From Gemmatimonadota bacterium (GTDB taxonomy: Bacteria > Gemmatimonadota > Gemmatimonadetes > Longimicrobiales > Gaopeijiaceae), in contig SKJY01000097.1 of the NCBI GenBank assembly GCA_007121775.1, positions 5,138 to 69,137 of the forward strand: a stretch of DNA of 64,000 bases. The letters run 5' to 3'. The notes below the pieces were generated by a model. The model ran no database searches. It had not been told where the DNA came from and saw only the letters and a list, made by a program, of their open reading frames with translations. Shown here in pieces: positions 1-9,934 of the stretch; position 1 is the first letter of the stretch; each line of letters begins with the position of its first letter. Both the position numbers and the translations under genes were made by a program.

Positions 1-41
1 CTACTGTGGGCCCAAATGTGAGAATACACCGCAAAATGAGC

Positions 42-74
42 GGGGGCGGAACCGATGGATCCGGCTCCGCCCCC
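42..74 (-). terminator. Candidate intrinsic terminator downstream of gyrB
   Basis: GC-rich hairpin 42-53 / 62-74 (9 bp, one mismatch, 3 bp; 7-nt loop). It begins 35 nt past the gyrB stop. On the minus strand it is followed by gctcATTTTgc. Confidence 0.4.
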
Positions 75-109
75 GGTTGTGCCGCGCTGCCCGCCTGGAA
101 CCGTCGCCT

Positions 110-2680
<2,571 letters not shown>

Positions 2681-2779
2681 TCATGCGCCCCTGGGACGGA
2701 GTGATTGGGTCGAGCCGTGCAATTGGGTCCAACATGGTCTCCGTACCTTGAACTCTGGTCGTTGCCCCCCCGCGCACCA

Positions 2780-3928
2780 TCACCGGAGGATCCTCCCGTC
2801 GCGGATCCCCCAGCGCTCGATCCCTTCCTGTCGGAAACGGATCTCGGCCTTTCTCGGCGCGGTCAGGATCACCTGTCCCACCGCAGTACGATGGAGTAAG
2901 TCCAGCAGGCGCATGGACCGCGCCTCGTCCAACTCCGCGAAGACATCGTCCATGAGAAGAAGGGGTTCGCGCCCCCGGCGGCGGCGGATCGTCTCCGCTT
3001 CCAGAAGCCTGAGCCCCAGGGCGACACTTCGTCGCTGGCCCCCGGAGCCGAAGCGGCGCACGTCCTGGGCCCCCTCCCCCGGTGCCAGGAGGAGGAGGAG
3101 TTCGTCCCGGTGAGGCCCCACGGTGGTCGTACCGAGTCGTACGTCACGGTCCCGGGCCTCCCGCAACGCCACCTCCAATGCCTCGCTCACTCCTTCCAGC
3201 TCCAATTGCCCCTCCGGCAGGCCGGGAATACCTGAGTCCAGGGTCATCCTGGCTCCGGTCCCGCCGGAGATCTCCTCGTGGATCCGGGAGAAGGACGCGG
3301 CCATGGTGTCGATCCACCGGCTACGGAAAACAGTGACCCGGGAGCCGGCGTCCACCAGGAGTGGTTCCCACGCATGGGTCTGGGGTGAATGCCCGCCGGC
3401 CTTCAGAGCTGCGTTGCGCTGGGAGAGCACCTGCCGGTACCGCTGCAGGGCCGCCATGTAGCCAGGTTCACTGAGCGAGAGCACGATGTCCAGATACCGG
3501 CGCCGCACATGAGGTCCGTCATCCACCAGCGCCAGGTCCGCCGGCGTGAACAGGACGGCGCAGACATGACCCACCCCGTCACCGAGGCGCTCCGTCTCAA
3601 CATCGTCCAGAGTGACCTTCTTCCGCCCGCCGGATCGTTGCCAGGCAGCCGCCACGGTCCTTTCAGGACGCCCTCCCTGGAAAGGCGCGTCATTCTCCGC
3701 TGTGACGACGCGACCCTGGAGACGGAATACATCGCCGCCGAAGCGAACCAGATCCCGATCGGGCGCTCCGCGAAAGGAGCGGAGAACCTCGAGGTAGTAG
3801 ATGGCCTCCAGGAGATTACTCTTCCCCTGGGCATTGGGGCCCACTACAGCCACGCCCTCCGGTGGGAACTCCAGCGCGTCGTCCACCAGATTCCGGAAGC
3901 TCCGCAGCACCAACTGGGCAAGCCTCAA
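2780..3928 (-). CDS. recF: DNA replication/repair protein RecF
   Basis: (M)RLAQLVLRSFRNL...VVGPNAQGKSNLLEAIYYL (Walker A) ...FGSGGQRRSVALGLRL (signature) ...LLLMDDVFAELD (Walker B). I prefer the TTG at 3928, with GGAGA 9-10 nt upstream. It gives the canonical RecF N-terminus and removes the overlap with the upstream gene. The listed ORF extends to 3979. Confidence 0.93.
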   Translation of the reverse strand: MRLAQLVLRSFRNLVDDALEFPPEGVAVVGPNAQGKSNLLEAIYYLEVLRSFRGAPDRDLVRFGGDVFRLQGRVVTAENDAPFQGGRPERTVAAAWQRSGGRKKVTLDDVETERLGDGVGHVCAVLFTPADLALVDDGPHVRRRYLDIVLSLSEPGYMAALQRYRQVLSQRNAALKAGGHSPQTHAWEPLLVDAGSRVTVFRSRWIDTMAASFSRIHEEISGGTGARMTLDSGIPGLPEGQLELEGVSEALEVALREARDRDVRLGTTTVGPHRDELLLLLAPGEGAQDVRRFGSGGQRRSVALGLRLLEAETIRRRRGREPLLLMDDVFAELDEARSMRLLDLLHRTAVGQVILTAPRKAEIRFRQEGIERWGIRDGRILR

Positions 3929-3953
3929 GTGCGCTCGTCTCCGGTCCGTTGCC

Positions 3954-4739
3954 TCAGCGACCCTGGAAATCGGGGGCACGCTTCTCCAGAAAAGCCGTCA
4001 GCCCCTCCCTCATGTCGTCGGTGGCGGCCAGGAGCCCGAAGAGTGCCGCCTCATGATCCAGTGCCCGGGCCGACTCGGTCTCAACGGCGTGGTAGACCGA
4101 CTGGAGGGCCATCCGCAGCGCCACCGGTCCGTGCTTGATCACCCTACCCATGAATTCCCGGGCGCCAGCCTCCAGTTCGGCCCGGGGGACCACACCGCTC
4201 ACCAGGCCAATCCGCTCCGCCTTTCCGGCGTCCACCATCTCTCCGGTGAGGGTCATCTGGACCGCTAGCCCGAGTCCAACCAGACGGGCGAGCCGGACCG
4301 TACCGCCGTAGCCGGGGATCAGTCCCAGCCCGACCTCCGGGAGACCGAAGCGGGCATTCTCAGAGGCCAGACGAAGGTGGCACGCCAGAGCGAGTTCGCA
4401 TCCCCCCCCGAGGGCATATCCGCCTACCGCAGCGAGGACGGGCTTGGGGAAGCGTTCAATCCGGTTGAGCACTCCCTGCCCCTGCCGGCTGATCTCCACG
4501 GCCCGGGCAGGATCCATCTCCGCCAGGACGCCGATGTCCGCGCCGGCGACGAATGCCTTCTCACCGGCACCGGTGAGAATCACACCCAGAACGTCCTCGT
4601 TGGACTCCACGGAGCGGAAAGCCGAATCCAGCTCCTCCAGGACCTGGGGGTTCAGGGCGTTGAGCTTCTTTTGACGATCAATGGTAATGGTGGCGATACG
4701 ATCGTCGATCTCCACACGGACGAGTGCGTCTCCGGTCAT
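3954..4739 (-). CDS. Enoyl-CoA hydratase/isomerase (crotonase) family protein
   Basis: MTGDALVRVEIDDRIATITIDRQKKLNALN...ILTGAGEKAFVAGADI...AAVGGYALGGGCELALACHLRLASENARFGLPEVGLGLIPGYGGT is the crotonase oxyanion-hole pattern. ATG at 4737-4739. Confidence 0.9.
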   Translation of the reverse strand: MTGDALVRVEIDDRIATITIDRQKKLNALNPQVLEELDSAFRSVESNEDVLGVILTGAGEKAFVAGADIGVLAEMDPARAVEISRQGQGVLNRIERFPKPVLAAVGGYALGGGCELALACHLRLASENARFGLPEVGLGLIPGYGGTVRLARLVGLGLAVQMTLTGEMVDAGKAERIGLVSGVVPRAELEAGAREFMGRVIKHGPVALRMALQSVYHAVETESARALDHEAALFGLLAATDDMREGLTAFLEKRAPDFQGR

Positions 4740-5228
4740 GATGAACCCCGATGGCAGGTTGAAAAGGGTCAGGTTCGGTGACGGGTACGGCGGGGCCGAT
4801 CCCTTGGGGCAAGTCACCGGTGCCTCGATCCTCCGGATGGGTTGCCCCAAGCATCCGGATCTCCCCCCAATGGTACCGACCCCCGCCTCCAGGGCCAACC
4901 GGGAGCCCACCGGTCTACCCGGACCAGCTCACCCGGACCGTCTCGGCCTGGCCGACCGACGCTCGCCAGGCCAAGCCGGCCGATCCGCACTGGCCGACTC
5001 GGCTCGAACGCTCCAGGCGGGTCCAGCCGGGTCACAGCGGCCAGGCACGAATACGTGGGCCCGCTCTCCGTCCCATGCGGCCATGGTCACGACCCGGTCC
5101 CGGGTATACCTTCCCCGTATGGAAGAGGCTGGGGTACCGGTGGTGGAGCCGGTACCGGCAGTCCCTTCCCCATCCGCCCTTCCAGACCCAACCCGCGCCC
5201 CAGAGCGCGAATGGAGACAAAGCACGCC

Positions 5229-5693
5229 ATGGCTCGATCCCTCAACAAGGTCATGCTCATCGGGAACGTCGGTGCCGACCCCGAGATCCGCAGCACCGGA
5301 TCCGGCCTTCGCGTCGGTAAGGTTTCCCTGGCCACGAATCGCACCTTTCAGGACCGATCCGGCCAGCAACAGGAGCGAACCGAATGGCATCGGCTCACCT
5401 TCTTTGGTCGGCTGGCCGAGATCGTGGAACAGTACGTCACAAAGGGCGACCGCCTCTACGTGGAGGGTCGGATCGAGTACTCGCAGTCCGAGGATGACCA
5501 GGGCAATGTCCGGTACTATACGGACATCGTGGTAGGTGAGATGGTCATGCTCGGGCAGGGCGGCCCCTCCGGCACAGGTGCTGGAGGAGGCGGGTTCAGC
5601 GGAGGCGGCAGTCGTTCCGGGAGCGGTTTTGGTGGTGGAACCTCCCGTCCAGGTCCCGATATCTCCGAGCCCGACGACGACCTTCCCTTCTGA
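5229..5693 (+). CDS. ssb: Single-stranded DNA-binding protein
   Basis: MARSLNKVMLIGNVGADPEIR...TEWHRLTFFGRLAEIVEQYVTKGDRLYVEGRIEY (OB fold), a Gly-rich linker, then the acidic tip DISEPDDDLPF. Confidence 0.93.
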   Translation: MARSLNKVMLIGNVGADPEIRSTGSGLRVGKVSLATNRTFQDRSGQQQERTEWHRLTFFGRLAEIVEQYVTKGDRLYVEGRIEYSQSEDDQGNVRYYTDIVVGEMVMLGQGGPSGTGAGGGGFSGGGSRSGSGFGGGTSRPGPDISEPDDDLPF

Positions 5694-5801
5694 GCCCTCG
5701 CCCCGGCGGAGGCCTTCCGCCGCCTCATCCAGGGACTCCGGAACCGAGATCTGGCAGTCCCGGACACATTCCAGGCTCCATGCCAGGAGTCAATGGATCG
5801 A

Positions 5802-5850
5802 AACACGGCGGGTGACGGCCCGGTGAGAATGGGCCGTCACCCGCCGTGTT
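5802..5850. terminator. Perfect 20-bp stem hairpin, likely bidirectional terminator
   Basis: aacacggcgggtgacggccc (5802-5821), 9-nt loop, gggccgtcacccgccgtgtt (5831-5850), then tgttgcg on the plus strand. It lies 108 nt after the ssb stop. The right arm contains the stop codon (5837-5839) of the convergent minus-strand ORF. Confidence 0.55.
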
Positions 5851-6190
5851 TGTTGCGATCCGGTGCCAACTCCGATTCCCACAAACCGAGAAGTTCGGCC
5901 TCGAAGCGGGAAGGATCCTCCCGGTAGGCCGCCAGCCAGAGCTGGAAGGGAGGAAGGGAAAGCTGTTCGGCGATGCGTCCGGTAGCCAGCCGAACTGCGG
6001 TATCGTAGGAAAACTCCCCGGATTCCCGCCCCTGCGCCTCCGACGAGCGCACTGCCTCTTCCGCCAGGACATAGATCTGATCGGCGGACAGACGGAGAAG
6101 CCTCTCAGCCACTCTGGCCGAGCAATAATCCAGGTACTTGGCCCTGAGGACCTCCGGATCCTCAGGGGCCGGGGTGTCTCCCCCCTGCAT
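5837..6190 (-). CDS. Hypothetical protein carrying a helical 'LPPFxLW' domain
   Basis: ORF with good GC3 bias. The start is taken at the ATG giving MQGGDTPAPEDPEVLRAKYLDY.... It is clearly paralogous to the C-terminal half of the 8808..9566 product (LSLPPFQLWLAAYREDP versus LPLPPFELWVRDYLRNE). No family name recognised. Confidence 0.55.
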   Translation of the reverse strand: MQGGDTPAPEDPEVLRAKYLDYCSARVAERLLRLSADQIYVLAEEAVRSSEAQGRESGEFSYDTAVRLATGRIAEQLSLPPFQLWLAAYREDPSRFEAELLGLWESELAPDRNKHGG

Positions 6191-6494
6191 CGCTCCGGTC
6201 TGGCTCACGAATCGATCCCCGTGTGAGGGACGACCATCTGTCACACAGGGTCCGGTCGCCGAAAACCACCGAAGCCCTGTGACGAGTATGGCCAACTTCG
6301 GGCAAGGAACCGGAACTCGTCAAGTACATAAGCTGCGGAATTTACCGACGGGTGACGGCAATCGTAGGGGGGATGTCAAGGGTTGGAAGCACCAGCCGAT
6401 ACTCAGAAGTCTCGGTCAAAGGCCTTGATTATGCAAAATGATCAGCTCCACTGGAACACTTTGCGGCGCCCCACCCACCACCCTCAAGTCGCTG

Positions 6495-6749
6495 TCAGGA
6501 AATGAAGGGGGAGCCGGGATGGGCTTCTTGCCCCGCTTGGGCATCCCGAAGCTGATGGAACACGGACCTTCGAGTCAGTCCATATCGAACCAACCGACTC
6601 AAGAATTCGGGATCGGACTTCTGTACTTCGGCCACCTGCACCGCCAGGTCGCGGGGAAGGCTGACATTCAATTGAACGGAACACGTCTCCCATCTAGCTG
6701 GCTTGTTCAATGGATCGCTGGGTTCGATGTGTCGAAGCAGTGGAGGCAC
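6495..6749 (-). CDS. Possible ribbon-helix-helix (CopG/antitoxin-like) small protein
   Basis: ...KPARWETCSVQLNVSLPRDLAVQVAEVQKSDPEFLSRLVRYGLTRR matches the beta-strand/helix/helix pattern of RHH proteins. It is the only protein-like frame in an AT-richer islet. The start is uncertain: GTG at 6749, or an internal TTG giving MNKPARW.... No adjacent toxin ORF was seen. Confidence 0.4.
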   Translation of the reverse strand: MPPLLRHIEPSDPLNKPARWETCSVQLNVSLPRDLAVQVAEVQKSDPEFLSRLVRYGLTRRSVFHQLRDAQAGQEAHPGSPFIS

Positions 6750-7193
6750 GCCGCGCCCTGAATGGGGGAAATCTCCCCGACCCGGCGAAGCGAGCTCCCG
6801 TCTTGGGGACTTCGATCATACGAGATCGCCAAAGCCGGCGCAAGCGGTCCGGCACCCCCCCGAAGAAAAGGCGAGGATCCGCAAGTTGTTGCCGTAAATG
6901 GACTTACAAAAAGACCACTTGAAGCTTTCCGCAATCTTCGAGACACCCAATAAAACAAATGTTCCCAATTCCCCACACCCGGATCCATGTAGCCACAAGG
7001 ACTTCGGGAAGAGATCCTGCCGCAAGCACTCCCCGTGCGCCCGGTGCCGTTTTTGGAAAAAGGCGTTTCGAGCATCCGGCTCCGGGAGGGACTACGGCCC
7101 CGCCGGAATAGGCAGCACCCTCCATAGGCCTGCGACGTGTGAGGTCCTTGCACTGAGTGGCACCCCACCCTATCCCGCCCCGAGAGGGGTCCC

Positions 7194-7219
7194 GTTGAGG
7201 CCCCCAGGTTGAGGCCCCC
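7194..7219. repeat. Tandem direct repeat gttgaggccccc x2 (14-nt period)
   Basis: gttgaggccccc occurs at 7194-7205 and 7208-7219, read directly from the sequence in the non-coding islet. Confidence 0.6.
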
Positions 7220-7257
7220 CAAAAGGACTTGACCATGCTCGACGGCCCCAATGGAGG

Positions 7258-7305
7258 CGTGAGCAGGGGAGATGCTGCCGGAGTCGTGAGCAGGAGAGAT
7301 GCTGC
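7258..7305. repeat. Direct repeat cgtgagcagg(g/a)gagatgctgc x2 (27-nt period)
   Basis: Copies at 7258-7278 and 7285-7305 differ at one base. They sit in a purine-rich plus-strand tract (7240-7440) with further degenerate gaga(a/t)..gcgcg units. Confidence 0.6.
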
Positions 7306-7501
7306 GCGGAGATTGGGTTGAAAACGGGGAAGTGCAGGGAGAAGAGGGAAATGCGCGCAGTATGGGCGAAGCGGCGAAGGATGGGGAATCAGCGCCGGCT
7401 GGGAGAATCCGCGCGGGATAGGTGCCGGGATGGAGGGCACGGGGCGACCAGCCAATCGCGAAAGGTGTGCTACCGGATGGGCTGACCCGGCCGGGTACGG
7501 A

Positions 7502-8455
7502 TCAGTGGATCCGGGACGCCCCGGCGGCGGACCCATCTCCCCTTGAACGCCCCTTTTCAATCGCCGCCGATGGGGTTGACGAAGAGGCTCGAAGCCGGGT
7601 GGATGGAAATACCGGGAACCGCCGGGAACCACCGCCCTCCCGCACCTGCCGGAGAGAATCGCGAGCCCCGAACACGTGAACTCGCTCCGCCACCGCCCCG
7701 TGCCGTTCGGGCTCGAAGAGTGACACCAGCGACATCACCCCCGCCCGGACCCGCGCCAGGAGTTCCCGCGTCTCGGTCACGCTGTCCGGAACGGGGAGGT
7801 CCAACCGATACCTCTGCCGTCCGGAAACGTCCACGGCGCGACTCAGGGAGATCCTCTCGCCGTCCACCCAGGATCGGTCGCCTGAGTGGAATGCCATCGC
7901 CAGAGCCTCTTCCAGCGCCGGCGACGGATGATCCCAGGGGACGTCCACCAGCACCGCCGCCGAATCCGCGTCGAGTAGGAGGGAGATCACCCCATGACCT
8001 GGCACCTCGACTCGGATAGCGGCTCCCTCATGGGGGTCGATATCCTGCACGATATCCCGGAACCCGAGACGAAGGAGGAGGGGCCGGGTGAGGGCTCCGA
8101 AGCCCGTACGATTGAGCACCTTCAGAGCCATGGCGAACCCCATGCGCCGAACCGACTGAGGGTCCTGGTCCAGATTCGATCGGATCCGCTCCACGGCAGA
8201 GGCCAGAACCCACCCGAGGAGGACCACCGGTCCATCGGGATTGAAGAGTCGAACCTCTCCGCTGCCAAGATCGAGAATCCGCCCTTCCCCCCCCGGAGAT
8301 GCGGTCAGAACCACTCCCAACCCCAGGTCCTCCGCCCCTTGGGAGGGCGCCGACCCCGAAGGAGGTCGGTACCGGAGAATGGCTCGCTCCAGGGAAATCT
8401 CGCAGGCTCCGGTAAGGACGACATCTTCCGAGGAACCAGTGGAGAGGGGCGTCAT
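7502..8455 (-). CDS. Hypothetical protein (317 aa), no recognised family
   Basis: Long ORF with protein-like composition (…LLGWVLASAVERIRSNLDQDPQSVRRMGFAMALKVLNRTGFGALTRPLLLRLGFRDIV…). The ATG at 8453-8455 overlaps the upstream small ORF as ATGA. The C-terminal ~50 aa are low-complexity and may be read-through. Confidence 0.6.
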   Translation of the reverse strand: MTPLSTGSSEDVVLTGACEISLERAILRYRPPSGSAPSQGAEDLGLGVVLTASPGGEGRILDLGSGEVRLFNPDGPVVLLGWVLASAVERIRSNLDQDPQSVRRMGFAMALKVLNRTGFGALTRPLLLRLGFRDIVQDIDPHEGAAIRVEVPGHGVISLLLDADSAAVLVDVPWDHPSPALEEALAMAFHSGDRSWVDGERISLSRAVDVSGRQRYRLDLPVPDSVTETRELLARVRAGVMSLVSLFEPERHGAVAERVHVFGARDSLRQVREGGGSRRFPVFPSTRLRASSSTPSAAIEKGRSRGDGSAAGASRIH

Positions 8456-8712
8456 GGCAAGGTCTCCTGGGGCAGGTGTCTGGGGGCGTCCAGGTGTTCG
8501 GGAATCGGGTCGAGAGAGTCAGGTCGGAAAGGTCTCGACCAGGAGTCGACCTCGGCGGCGGTCCCCCTCCATTCGAAGTCGTACCCTGTCTGGAAGGGGA
8601 CGGCGACCATAACCAAGGGAGGCGTCACCGGGCAAGCGCCTCTATCCAAGACTCCGGAGGGCCATTCCACCCGCTTCCTTGATCCCGCACCCACACCCGG
8701 ACATCTTTCCAA
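8452..8712 (-). CDS. Possible small protein translationally coupled to 7502..8455
   Basis: ATGA stop/start overlap with the downstream gene. GC3 is high from the internal ATG at 8610 (MVAVPFQTGYDFEWRGTAAEVDSW...). The listed TTG start at 8712 would leave only 11 nt before the divergent ORF, so the true start is probably internal. Confidence 0.3.
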   Translation of the reverse strand: MERCPGVGAGSRKRVEWPSGVLDRGACPVTPPLVMVAVPFQTGYDFEWRGTAAEVDSWSRPFRPDSLDPIPEHLDAPRHLPQETLP

Positions 8713-8807
8713 TGCCCTGACCGTTGGAATCGTCCCCGGCGCCGCCCTCCCACTTCCCTTCTATTCTCGGCCTTCCTTTGAGTGCAGAACAGCCTCACCG
8801 TCGCTCG

Positions 8808-9566
8808 GTGGGCTTCATCGACCACGAAGGCGAATCCTGGGCCTGTTTCCTGGTCACAGGTCGAAGCCGGGCCGGACGCTGGACCGGCCACTTCTCCTTC
8901 CGTCGCCGCGACGGAAACCCGGATGAAGGCGAGGAGATCCGCACTGCCGACATCTTCGTGGAGGAATCCGAGGGCGAAATCGACCGGAAGGCCAGGGCGC
9001 TGGGGCGTCCACTTCTGGCCGGGCTTCTCGCTTCCGCCCTTCACACCCAGGAGCGGAGGGAACGAAACCCACCGCGTCTGAGACAGTGGTTCCGGGACAT
9101 CCTCCGTTCCAACGCCCGGGAGATCTCGGGCGAGTGGGAGGAGGATGACCTTCAGGTCACGGCGAGGACGGTGGGTGAACTGCGCTCCATCTATTCCTCC
9201 TACCGGATCGATCAGGTGGCTCACTTCATTTCCCTGGTGAACCCGGAGGCGTTCCAGGAGGCGGTAGAGGAGATTCTCTCAGGAGAGAGCTTCGACTTCA
9301 GTGCCCGAGACCGCCTCCAGTTCGCCATGATGGTGGTCGAGCGCATCGAAGGTATGCTCCCCCTTCCTCCATTTGAGCTCTGGGTCAGAGACTACCTTCG
9401 TAACGAACACGCCTACCGGATCTACACCCATGCGCTGCATCGCAAGGGGCCTTCCCCCGGAACGGACCCGGGAGGGGATCCACTGGATCCCTCGGAATCC
9501 CTGCCGAACCGTTCGGAAGCACCGGTCGCCGAACGGGATGTTGATGATCCGGCTTCAAATGACTAG
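8808..9566 (+). CDS. Hypothetical protein: N-terminal unknown domain plus C-terminal 'LPPFxLW' domain
   Basis: (M)GFIDHEGESWACFLVTGRSRAGRWTGHFSF... then ...ELRSIYSSYRIDQVAHFISLVNPEAFQEAVEEIL...MLPLPPFELWVRDYLRNEHAY. There is no ATG near the 5' end. Candidate starts are TTG 8724 (listed) or GTG 8808 (chosen because it leaves a plausible divergent promoter region). Confidence 0.6.
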   Translation: MGFIDHEGESWACFLVTGRSRAGRWTGHFSFRRRDGNPDEGEEIRTADIFVEESEGEIDRKARALGRPLLAGLLASALHTQERRERNPPRLRQWFRDILRSNAREISGEWEEDDLQVTARTVGELRSIYSSYRIDQVAHFISLVNPEAFQEAVEEILSGESFDFSARDRLQFAMMVVERIEGMLPLPPFELWVRDYLRNEHAYRIYTHALHRKGPSPGTDPGGDPLDPSESLPNRSEAPVAERDVDDPASND

Positions 9567-9627
9567 GTTTTAGAGCTAGTTGTCTGTCAATCCACCGTGC
9601 AGGAATCACCCGAGGAGCGTGATACTC

Positions 9628-9831
9628 TTGGAAGTTATCGTTCAGGAAGGAGAGAACCTCGAGCGGGCCCTTCGGAAGTTCAAGCGCAAGGTACAGCGTT
9701 CGGGCCTCTATTCCGAGTTGCGCAAGCGCCGCTTCTACGAGAAGCCGAGTGCCCAGCGGAAGCGGAAGCGCGAAGCAGCCATCCGGCGCGAGCGTCGCCG
9801 CCAGCGCAGGGATGGTCGGCCCCGGCGTTGA
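9628..9831 (+). CDS. rpsU: 30S ribosomal protein S21
   Basis: (M)EVIVQEGENLERALRKFKRKVQRSGLYSELRKRRFYEKPSAQRKRK. TTG at 9628 lies 10 nt after GAGGAG (9612-9617). An alternative GTG is at 9619. Confidence 0.9.
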   Translation: MEVIVQEGENLERALRKFKRKVQRSGLYSELRKRRFYEKPSAQRKRKREAAIRRERRRQRRDGRPRR

Positions 9832-9887
9832 CCAGAGCCGGGCCAGTCTCGCCGATGGTTCTCGGCGAACGATCCCATGAGGTACTT

Positions 9888-9924
9888 GGAGCGCCTCCTC
9901 CCATCATCCGGGAGGAGGCGCTTC
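9888..9924. terminator. Hairpin between convergent rpsU and the pilT-like gene
   Basis: ggagcgcctcctccc (9888-9902), 7-nt loop, gggaggaggcgcttc (9910-9924). This is a 15-bp stem including one G-U pair, with a weak U tract. Confidence 0.45.
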
Positions 9925-9934
9925 GCCGTTCCTG

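Noticed and set aside
6300-7100. Chromosomal origin (oriC) in the AT-richer islet near recF/gyrB.
   Set aside because: I found no cluster of TTATCCACA-like DnaA boxes, only isolated two-mismatch sites such as ttccccaca near 6970. The AT-rich tracts are short, and dnaA/dnaN are not adjacent.
6816-7212. Small ORFs in the islet: 6816..7025 (-) at 69 aa, 6898..7212 (+) at 104 aa and Cys/Lys-rich, and 6904..7632 (-) at 242 aa.
   Set aside because: They have non-ATG starts, low-complexity or Pro/Gly-rich sequence, mutual overlap and no recognisable motif. They cannot be supported as genes from sequence alone.
7258-7305. CRISPR-like array.
   Set aside because: There are only two 21-nt copies at a 27-nt period, leaving a 6-nt 'spacer'. 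There are no cas genes and no further repeats.
6750-7500. Possible RNase P RNA, tmRNA, SRP RNA or tRNA in the non-coding islet.
   Set aside because: I looked on both strands for GAGGAAAGUCC and ACAGAAxCCGGCUUA (RNase P). I also looked for the GGGG...UUCGAC 5' end and the GGUUCGAxUCC...CCACCA 3' end (tmRNA/tRNA), and for the GGAAGCAGCC core (SRP). Only weak partial resemblances appeared (e.g. atagggtggggtgcc). These are not enough to call any of them.
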